Source: Aulosira sp. DedQUE10 (GTDB lineage Bacteria; Cyanobacteriota; Cyanobacteriia; Cyanobacteriales; Nostocaceae). Taken from it: a DNA stretch of 14,573 nucleotides. Location of the stretch: assembly GCA_034530935.1 (NCBI GenBank), contig JAVRCF010000137.1:1-14573 (forward strand), given 5' to 3'. This document shows, in pieces, positions 7,626-13,817 of this stretch (positions are counted from its first letter, which is position 1; every line of letters begins with the position of its first letter). The notes below the pieces were generated by a model. That model saw nothing but the letters and a program-made list of their open reading frames with translations. It did not search any database and had not been told where the DNA came from. The translations under genes and the position numbers were made by a program.

Positions 7626-9059
7626 ATGCATAATTCAGAGACAAATTTAATTTTAATTGTTGATGATACTCCTACAAACTTAGAAATGCTATCGGAAGCT
7701 CTAGCAGATGCAGGATTTGATGTGGCAGTTGCAACTACTGGAGAAATTGCAATTAAGCAAGTTGAATATGCTCCACCAAAACTGATTTTGTTGGATGTAA
7801 TGATGCCGGAAATTGATGGATTTGAAACCTGTTATCGATTGAAGGCAAATCCTAAAACAAAACATATTCCGATAATTTTTATGACTGCCCTTGCTGATAC
7901 AGTAGATAAAGTCAAAGGTCTGTCTTTAGGTGCTGTGGATTACATCACTAAGCCGTTTCAGCAAGCGGAGGCCCTAGCCCGTATTCAAATTCATTTACAG
8001 CTGCAAAATATTAGTGCAGAAATGGAGAAACAAAATGCACGTCTTCAACAAGAAATTGAAGAACGAGTAGCGGCAGAATTAGCTTTACAGAAGCTAACTC
8101 AAGATTTAGAGCACCGGGTAGAAGAGAGGACAAAGGAACTCTCCCAAGCACTGCAAGATTTACAAAAAACTCAAGTGAAGCTGATCCAGTCAGAAAAATT
8201 AGCTACACTGGGTCAGTTAGTAGCAGGTGTTGCACACGAAATTAATAATCCAGTCAACTTTATACATGGCAATCTTGAGTATGCCAGTTCCTATATTCAA
8301 GACTTGCTAGAACTCATCAAACTCTATCAGACTCAGTACCCTAATCCAACTCCAGAGATTGCTAACAAATCAAATGAAATTGAACTAGAGTTTCTCAGGC
8401 TAGATTTACCAAAAATAGTCTCTTCAATGGCAGTTGGGACTCAACGGATTCAGGAAATCGTCAAATCTTTCCGCAACTTCTCCCGTCATGACGAAGCTGA
8501 AGTCAAAACAGTAGATATCCACGATGGGTTAAACAGTACACTAATGATCATCGACCATCGCTTGAAGGAGAAAGCAGGCTGTCCGGCGATTCAAGTGATT
8601 AAAGAGTATGGAAATTTGCCTCGAGTTGAGTGCTTTGCCGGAAAAATGAACCAGGTTTTTCTCAACGTCCTCAGCAATGCAATTGATGCTTTGGAAGAGT
8701 TCATGGAAAATGAGCATTGTTTTCGTTGTACCCGATCGCCGATGATTCGGATTCAGACAGAAGTTCTGGAAGGCGATCGCATTGCTATTCGAATTGCTGA
8801 TAATGGACTAGGAATCGCAGAAGCAGTTCAAAAGCGATTGTTTGACCCCTTCTTCACAACTAAACCTGCGGGTAAAGGAACTGGTTTGGGGATGTCGATT
8901 AGCCATCAGATTGTGGTTGAAAAACACGGTGGCTCGTTGTACTGTATCTCCAGCCCAGGGAAAGGTGCGGAGTTTGTAATTGAGATTCCAATTCAGCAGG
9001 TAAATTTCGTTGCAAATAAGCAGCGTAGCGAAGTGGCTCTTGCGGGCTATTGGATCTAG
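7626..9059 (+). CDS. Receiver-histidine kinase (N-terminal REC, coiled coil, HEINNP-type HisKA, HATPase_c)
   Basis: 477 aa. The REC domain has IVDDTPTN, LLDVMMP (Asp57 codon 7794-7796) and ITKPF. The H-box is GVAHEINNPVNF (His codon 8235-8237). ATPase boxes are LNVLSNAIDA, DNGLGI and GKGTGLGMSI. I found no TM or obvious sensory domain. The start is 66 nt downstream of the hybrid kinase. There is a HIP1 site at 8773-8780. Confidence 0.9.
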   Translation: MHNSETNLILIVDDTPTNLEMLSEALADAGFDVAVATTGEIAIKQVEYAPPKLILLDVMMPEIDGFETCYRLKANPKTKHIPIIFMTALADTVDKVKGLSLGAVDYITKPFQQAEALARIQIHLQLQNISAEMEKQNARLQQEIEERVAAELALQKLTQDLEHRVEERTKELSQALQDLQKTQVKLIQSEKLATLGQLVAGVAHEINNPVNFIHGNLEYASSYIQDLLELIKLYQTQYPNPTPEIANKSNEIELEFLRLDLPKIVSSMAVGTQRIQEIVKSFRNFSRHDEAEVKTVDIHDGLNSTLMIIDHRLKEKAGCPAIQVIKEYGNLPRVECFAGKMNQVFLNVLSNAIDALEEFMENEHCFRCTRSPMIRIQTEVLEGDRIAIRIADNGLGIAEAVQKRLFDPFFTTKPAGKGTGLGMSISHQIVVEKHGGSLYCISSPGKGAEFVIEIPIQQVNFVANKQRSEVALAGYWI

Positions 9060-9066
9060 TTTGACC

Positions 9067-11049
9067 TTAGTAAAAATACTTGTTTTCTATTACTGTTGTT
9101 TGGCGAGTGGTGGAGTTGTATTCTAATAGGTATTCGTGGGCGATCGCTTCATTCTCTCTCAGTACCTCTACTTCTTTTTTACCTATTTCAGTATCAGTGG
9201 ATAGCAAAATTACCTGATGGCTGGCGGAAGGAAAGTAACGTTCTACTAAGTTGCTGCGGTGGGAGGAGTCGAGTCTTCCGAGTGGTGTGTCAATTGCTAC
9301 CGGAAGACGACGACCGGAGACTCGTGCTAAACCCCACAAAAATGCGATCGCCAGAAGTTGTTTTTCGCCAGCAGAAAGGCGATGTTTGGGGACTGGCTGG
9401 CCGTTTAAATCGTAAAGCGAAAGACTGAAGGTATGAGTGTCAATAGCCACGCGATGGACTAAATCGGATTTGTGTAGCAAGTAACGAAAGCACTCTGTCA
9501 CTTCGACTTCTAATTTATTGAGTTTTCTCAGGGTTAATTTCTTCCGAAAAAGTTTGAGAGTATCTTGAACTTTTGCAGCAGATGTGATTATATGTTCTCT
9601 ATTTTTGCGGTCGATATTCGTTTCACTATATTTTTCTAAATATTTTTTAGTATTGTCAATCTCAGTTGCTAATTCCTCCAAACGGCGTTTGGCTATTTCC
9701 CAAGCAGCTTTAGCTTCCGCAACTTGCTGTTGTGCTTGTTGTAATTCATCAACCAGCCTTTGATATTCTTCTGGTGAGGCTGCGGTTTGAATTTGCCTTT
9801 CTAAAGTGATAATTTCTTCTTCTTGAGACTGAAGAAATGTAATTTTATCTTTAGCCTTGGTTTTCGCATACTCAAGGTAATGATGAATCATATTATCTAA
9901 CTGATGCAGGGTTTCTGTATCAGCCAATAACCAAGGTTCAGTGATGACTGCGTTATCTAAATCTTGATTTTCTTGGGTGATAAATTCTTGAATCTGAGTT
10001 ACTGCTTCGTCTGCAAGAGCTAATTTATTAATCAAGTTGAGTAACTTTTTATCTCGCTCAATTAATAAATCATGAGCCACTTTCGCTTGTTGAACGCGAA
10101 ATTCTTTTTCGCCTTGGCTGTAAGCTTCATTTAGTAGAGGTGCAATCAATCCCAGAGGTAAAACATCAGCAGCTAAATCACATAGCGATTGACGGATTTT
10201 TTCTGTTTCCCCAATTCTTTCTAGCTTTTGTTTCTCTAACTGGCTGCGTTCTCCAGCAATTTTACCACCCTCAGAAATAAATTTATTCACAGCTTCCTGC
10301 TGTCTATTTTCGGCTGCTATTAAATTTTCTTGGAGAGATGTAATTAATTGCGATTCTACATTATACGCCTCTTGAGCCTCTTTCAACTTGTCTTCAATTT
10401 CTTCTAAATTTGCCAAATCTTTAGTATCAGCAAGTTCCTTGCGTTTGCGGTTGACTAAAATATCTAAATCCACTGCTAATCTTTCTGCCAACTCTAGCCC
10501 TAAAAGTCCGCTAATAGCATCTACTACAATTGGCGGTGGTACTTCCTGTTCTGCAAGTTCTTTAACTTGTTCGCCATCGAATAAAAATAAGTTAGAAATT
10601 CCTAGAGGTAGAAGATTTTCAATATATTCATCCCAAATATTTACTAAAGCCGTATCCAACCATTCATGGGCATCTAAAATCCCTAAATGGTCTTTACCAT
10701 CTTTAGGATTTTTTTCCCAAGTACGGACAACACGGTATTTTACTGGCTGGTCATTTTCGATATGTTCAAAAACTAATTCAATGCGCGTTTTCTCAACTGG
10801 CTCAGCTTTACTATTAACGCATTGAGTTAAGAAATCGCTATAACTTAAGTTACCACGGGTTGAACATTGGGCGCGATGACCATAAAGGGCGAGGCGAATT
10901 GCATCCATAAGGGTGGTTTTTCCGCCACCATTCATTCCACCTAACAGAATAATAGGGCGAGAATTTTCACTATTTCTTGGGTCAAGATTGATTACCTGTT
11001 TACCAGCGTAGGGGCCAAAGTTTTGTAATACGAGTTCAAGAAATATCAT
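9067..11049 (-). CDS. dndD: DNA sulfur modification protein DndD (SMC/ABC-like ATPase)
   Basis: 660 aa. The N-terminus MIFLELVLQNFGPYAGKQ...GGMNGGGKTTLMDAIRLALYG contains Walker A. A long central coiled coil follows. The C-terminus LSAGEKQLLAIAFLWGLARVSGRRLPVAIDTPLGRLDSSHRSNLVERYFPSASHQVILLSTDTEI has the ABC signature, Walker B and D-loop, and matches the DndD family pattern as I recall it. HIP1 sites lie at 9140-9147 and 9344-9351. Confidence 0.85.
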   Translation of the reverse strand: MIFLELVLQNFGPYAGKQVINLDPRNSENSRPIILLGGMNGGGKTTLMDAIRLALYGHRAQCSTRGNLSYSDFLTQCVNSKAEPVEKTRIELVFEHIENDQPVKYRVVRTWEKNPKDGKDHLGILDAHEWLDTALVNIWDEYIENLLPLGISNLFLFDGEQVKELAEQEVPPPIVVDAISGLLGLELAERLAVDLDILVNRKRKELADTKDLANLEEIEDKLKEAQEAYNVESQLITSLQENLIAAENRQQEAVNKFISEGGKIAGERSQLEKQKLERIGETEKIRQSLCDLAADVLPLGLIAPLLNEAYSQGEKEFRVQQAKVAHDLLIERDKKLLNLINKLALADEAVTQIQEFITQENQDLDNAVITEPWLLADTETLHQLDNMIHHYLEYAKTKAKDKITFLQSQEEEIITLERQIQTAASPEEYQRLVDELQQAQQQVAEAKAAWEIAKRRLEELATEIDNTKKYLEKYSETNIDRKNREHIITSAAKVQDTLKLFRKKLTLRKLNKLEVEVTECFRYLLHKSDLVHRVAIDTHTFSLSLYDLNGQPVPKHRLSAGEKQLLAIAFLWGLARVSGRRLPVAIDTPLGRLDSSHRSNLVERYFPSASHQVILLSTDTEIGKKEVEVLRENEAIAHEYLLEYNSTTRQTTVIENKYFY

Positions 11050-11285
11050 TTATCTCTGTTGGTTGGATGAAATACTGGAGGAAGAGAATTTTGGTTACAC
11101 AGGGAAGCAATTATAAAACACCGGGCTGGACTTTTAGCATGAAAAATGTTTTCTACTCAATTGAAAATAGCTATCAAACAAGCCTTACCAAAGTAAATCT
11201 TAATAGATTTGGATTATTTATTCCCAAATGAGTTGGGCTAGATTAAAATTTCCATCAGTATAATCTCGTATTTAATGCTTAAACT
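11050..11285. promoter_or_regulatory. Divergent intergenic region between dndD and the NLR-like locus, with candidate -10 boxes on both strands
   Basis: A TATAAT box on the plus strand at 11259-11264 lies 21 nt before the ATG at 11286. A TATAAT box on the minus strand (plus-strand ATTATA at 11110-11115) lies ~60 nt before the dndD ATG. Neither has a convincing -35 element, so the calls rest on position only. Confidence 0.3.
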
Positions 11286-11660
11286 ATGGAGCCTGTGACA
11301 CTGACAGCAGCCGCGATCGCTACCTTAGTTATTACGAAAGCTTTTGAAAAAATTGGTGAAATCCTAGGCGAGAAGGCTTTAAAGCAAGGTGGTAACTTAT
11401 TATCGCTGCTCAAGCGCAAAGAACCTACTATAGCGAAAACTATTGAACTGGCTCAAACACAACCTTTAGATTACGGTCAAGCTTATCTCATTGGGCAGCA
11501 AGTAGAGGAAGCGGCAAAGAAAGATAATGAAATAGCTGAAGCTGTCGCAGCCTTGGCAAAGGAAGCACAACCGCAATTAACTCAAACTATTGAAAATTAT
11601 CAAGGGATAATCATCAAAGGCGGAACTAATACTATTTCTGGCAATACCTTTAACTTCTGA
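11286..11660 (+). CDS. 124-aa helical protein with a hydrophobic N-terminal helix and a G/N/T-rich C-terminal tail; probable N-terminal effector/adaptor module of the downstream NB-ARC protein
   Basis: ATG start with a TATAAT box upstream. The N-terminus is MEPVTLTAAAIATLVITKAFEKIGEILGEKALKQ (hydrophobic, then amphipathic). The middle is Ala/Glu/Lys-rich and helical. The tail is NYQGIIIKGGTNTISGNTFNF. The ORF ends at TGA 11658-11660, which is in frame with the next ORF. There is a HIP1 site at 11313-11320. Confidence 0.7.
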   Translation: MEPVTLTAAAIATLVITKAFEKIGEILGEKALKQGGNLLSLLKRKEPTIAKTIELAQTQPLDYGQAYLIGQQVEEAAKKDNEIAEAVAALAKEAQPQLTQTIENYQGIIIKGGTNTISGNTFNF

Positions 11661-11720
11661 CTACAGCCGCCTGAACGGGAACAGGTAAAGTCTCATCCCC
11701 TTAGTGAAATACCGCAAAAT

Positions 11721-12971
11721 TTGCCCCTTAGTGGAGTGGTAATATTTGTTGGACGTGGGGAAGAATTGCAAAAACTCCACAAACTTTTGCAGCAAAATCA
11801 ACAAGTAACCATTGCTGCGATCGCGGGGATGGGTGGAGTTGGGAAAACAGAACTCGCCTTACAATATGCCATCCAGTACCGCGACAATTATCAAGGTGGA
11901 ATTTGCTGGTTGTTGCCAAAATCTGGGGATATTGGCGTGCAAATTGTCCAGTTTGCCAGAACGCAGCTTGATTTAAACCCGCCGTCAGATTTCGATTTAC
12001 CCGCGCAAGTGCAATACTGTTGGCGGCGTTGGCGTGAGGGTGATGTACTGCTGGTGTTGGATGATGTTGCTGATTACCAGAAAGTCAAACCTTACCTATC
12101 GTCGCTATCTTCTCGGTTTAAAATACTGATTACCACTCGCCAGCACTTGGGATGCATAGCAGAATTATCCTTAGATGTATTGCAACCAGAGGCGGCGCTG
12201 GAATTATTAAAGTCAATTATTGGGGTTGAACGGGTTGAACAGGAAAATCACCGCACCCCCCAAATAGCATTACAGTTATGTGAGTGGCTGGGATATTTGC
12301 CTTTGGGTTTAGAGTTGGTGGGGCGGTATCTGGCGCGGAAACAAGATTTATCTTTAGCAGAAATGCTGCGACGGTTGGAGAAAAAGCGACTAGAACAACC
12401 CGCACTTGGTAAGCCAGAAGCCGACATGACAGCACAACGGGGTGTGTTAGCAGCCTTTGAGTTGAGTTGGCAAGAATTACAGGATAGCGATAAACAACTG
12501 GGCTGTTTATTGAGTTTATTTGCAACCGCACCCATACTTTGGAATTTGGTGGAACAGTGTTTACCACAGGAAGACGGGGAAGATTTAGAAGAAATTAGAG
12601 ATGATAAATTGCTAAAACTGCATTTACTCCAGTGGAAAGGTGAGGGAGTCTATCAATTACATCCCCTGCTGCAGGAGTTTTTCCAATATAAGCTTACAGC
12701 TTTAGAGCAGGCAGAGGAATTAAAGCATTCTTTTTGCAAAGTAATAGTAGCAGTTGCTAAAAAGATTCCTGATTATCCTACCTTTGAGCAAATCACTGAT
12801 GTCAATTTGGCAAAACTCTACTACTTACAAGGACGTTATACACAAGCAGAACCATTGTATCTGCAAGCATTGGAGATTTATGAGCCACGATTAGGGGTGA
12901 ATCATCCTAACACTGTCAAGTTTCGTGAAAATTTGGCAAATCTTCGCGCCCAACTCTCCTCAGAACAATAA
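11721..12971 (+). CDS. NB-ARC (STAND/NLR-like) NTPase with a single residual TPR unit; probably N-terminally truncated or interrupted
   Basis: The P-loop is GMGGVGKT (11826-11849). Walker B is LLVLDDV, followed by KILITTR and a GLPL-like LPLGLELVGRYLA motif. The C-terminus is the TPR_10/12-type NLAKLYYLQGRYTQAEPLYLQALEIYEPRLGVNHPNTVKFRENLANL. The only available start is TTG 11721, which falls inside the conserved-looking IPQNLPLSG..FVGR linker. The 20 codons upstream are sense codons in the same frame back to the TGA at 11658. There is a HIP1 site at 11817-11824. Confidence 0.8.
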   Translation: MPLSGVVIFVGRGEELQKLHKLLQQNQQVTIAAIAGMGGVGKTELALQYAIQYRDNYQGGICWLLPKSGDIGVQIVQFARTQLDLNPPSDFDLPAQVQYCWRRWREGDVLLVLDDVADYQKVKPYLSSLSSRFKILITTRQHLGCIAELSLDVLQPEAALELLKSIIGVERVEQENHRTPQIALQLCEWLGYLPLGLELVGRYLARKQDLSLAEMLRRLEKKRLEQPALGKPEADMTAQRGVLAAFELSWQELQDSDKQLGCLLSLFATAPILWNLVEQCLPQEDGEDLEEIRDDKLLKLHLLQWKGEGVYQLHPLLQEFFQYKLTALEQAEELKHSFCKVIVAVAKKIPDYPTFEQITDVNLAKLYYLQGRYTQAEPLYLQALEIYEPRLGVNHPNTVKFRENLANLRAQLSSEQ

Positions 12972-13019
12972 AATTCCAGTTCTCAGCTTCATCATTCAAG
13001 CTTTTATCTCCAAGTTCCG

Positions 13020-13187
13020 TGTTCTGAACTCAAAGTTTAGTGTTCCAAACGAGAACGTTCCTGTTTCAACCTCGAAGCTTCGTGTTCCAAACGAGAATTT
13101 TCCTGTTCCAAACGAGAACGTTCTTGTTCCAAGCTCGAAGTTTCGTGTTCCAAACGAGAATGTTCCTGTTTCAAACTCGAAGTTTCC
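13020..13187. repeat. Tandem array B: eight contiguous 21-nt units of two interspersed subtypes (TGTTCCAAACGAGAAYGTTCC and TGTTYCAARCTCGAAGYTTCG)
   Basis: Units start at 13020, 13041, 13062, 13083, 13104, 13125, 13146 and 13167, each exactly 21 nt. Degenerate units flank the array (about 12978-13019 and 13188-13208). The array begins ~50 nt after the NB-ARC stop. The periodicity explains the spurious ORFs 12925..13242 and 12996..13235. Confidence 0.9.
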
Positions 13188-13188
13188 T

Positions 13189-13260
13189 GTTCTGAGGTGG
13201 AATGATGGTGTTATGGAGGAGGAGTGTGGTGTCATGAGGTAGGATGAAGAGCGATAGATT
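13189..13260. repeat. Direct repeat copy A (pairs with 13818-13879)
   Basis: Hand alignment of GTTCTGAGGTGGAATGATGGTGTTATGGAGGAGGAGTG...ATAGATT against copy B gives about 45 of 61 aligned positions identical, with one 11-nt indel. Confidence 0.6.
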
Positions 13261-13368
13261 TAAAATGGAATCCATTCCAACTGATCTATCCATTCTTCTG
13301 CCTCAGTCGTCTCCCAAATTAGCAAGAGTTCTTGTGCTATCGTAGGGTTCAGACGCAAAACATCTGAT

Positions 13369-13442
13369 GTAGGTTGCCTTGAGCAAGGTGAAACCCAACA
13401 AACTCGGGAAAACGTTGGGTTTCGTTCCTCAACCCAACCTAC
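13369..13442. repeat. Nested inverted-repeat element (GTAGGTTG...GAAACCCAAC-N14-GTTGGGTTTC...CAACCTAC), Nostoc-type dispersed palindromic repeat; possible terminator for the DUF433 gene
   Basis: The outer 8-bp arms are 13369-13376 / 13435-13442 and the inner 10-bp arms are 13390-13399 / 13414-13423, read directly. The motif TTGGGTTTCGTTCCTCAACCCAACCTAC is one I recognise as recurrent in Nostoc/Anabaena intergenic DNA. It lies 22 nt downstream of the DUF433 stop. Confidence 0.6.
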
Positions 13443-13463
13443 AATTTTCCCTAATGTTATACT

Positions 13464-13802
13464 TCATACTTCAGTTGACTTTTTAATATTCAAGAGACGT
13501 TGTACCAAAGGTGAAGGATGAGCAACCGATTCTTGGTAACGCTGTTCACGCCATGCAGCTAAACGTGATAAAGAAGCATTGATGCTGGCTCGATTATGGA
13601 GATAGTAAGTAACAGTAGCATGAATCTGCTCTAAACTTAGAGTTGGTAGATTAGCCGCAATTTCTTCTGGTGTATATCCTTCCAAATAATAATCAAGCAC
13701 ATTGTCAATGCCGATGCGATGTCCTTTGATGCGAATATCATCCTCGGATAAAAAGTCAAAATAATCTTCTAGCTGCATTGCCAGACCCCAAATGGAGTTC
13801 AT
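13464..13802 (-). CDS. DUF433 domain protein (antitoxin-like, helix-turn-helix)
   Basis: 112 aa. The segment IRIKGHRIGIDNVLDYYLEGYTPEEIAANLPTLSLEQIHATVTYYL matches the DUF433 pattern (r..GtRi.v..vl......G.s.eeI...yp.lt.e.i.aal.Y) as I recall it. No intact partner ORF is adjacent. Confidence 0.75.
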   Translation of the reverse strand: MNSIWGLAMQLEDYFDFLSEDDIRIKGHRIGIDNVLDYYLEGYTPEEIAANLPTLSLEQIHATVTYYLHNRASINASLSRLAAWREQRYQESVAHPSPLVQRLLNIKKSTEV

Positions 13803-13817
13803 TGCTATATTATCTCA

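Noticed and set aside
2154-9066. Recent mobile-element-mediated insertion of the four-gene block between dndD and dndE
   Set aside because: There is no transposase, integrase, tRNA attachment site or flanking direct repeat. The junction at 9060-9066 is only 7 nt. Three of the four block genes contain HIP1 sites, like the flanks. A rearrangement remains possible but cannot be attributed to an identifiable mobile element from this sequence.
9096-10825. Antisense ORFs inside dndD (9096..9428, 10388..10825)
   Set aside because: They are fully embedded antisense to a well-supported 660-aa DndD gene. Their products are low-complexity (Ser/Leu/Arg-rich) and have no recognisable motifs.
11658-11660. 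Selenocysteine recoding of the in-frame TGA between the N-terminal module and NB-ARC
   Set aside because: I see no stable SECIS-like hairpin in the ~40 nt downstream; only a 3-bp pairing is possible. Nothing in the protein context suggests a redox-active Sec/Cys site. A nonsense mutation, a sequencing error or a deletion is more parsimonious.
12925-13242. ORFs 12925..13242 (+) and 12996..13235 (-) over tandem array B
   Set aside because: The reason is the same as for array A: mutually overlapping, low-complexity, repeat-generated frames. The plus-strand ORF also starts inside the NB-ARC gene's 3' end.
13260-13802. Stop-codon read-through extension of the DUF433 protein (the same frame stays open for 67 codons past its TGA)
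   Set aside because: The extension runs through a palindromic repeat element and translates to implausible sequence there (…WVEERNPTFSRVCWVSPCSRQP…). A shared frame has a one-in-three chance of occurring anyway. Only the last ~33 codons look protein-like, and these are treated separately as a possible gene remnant.
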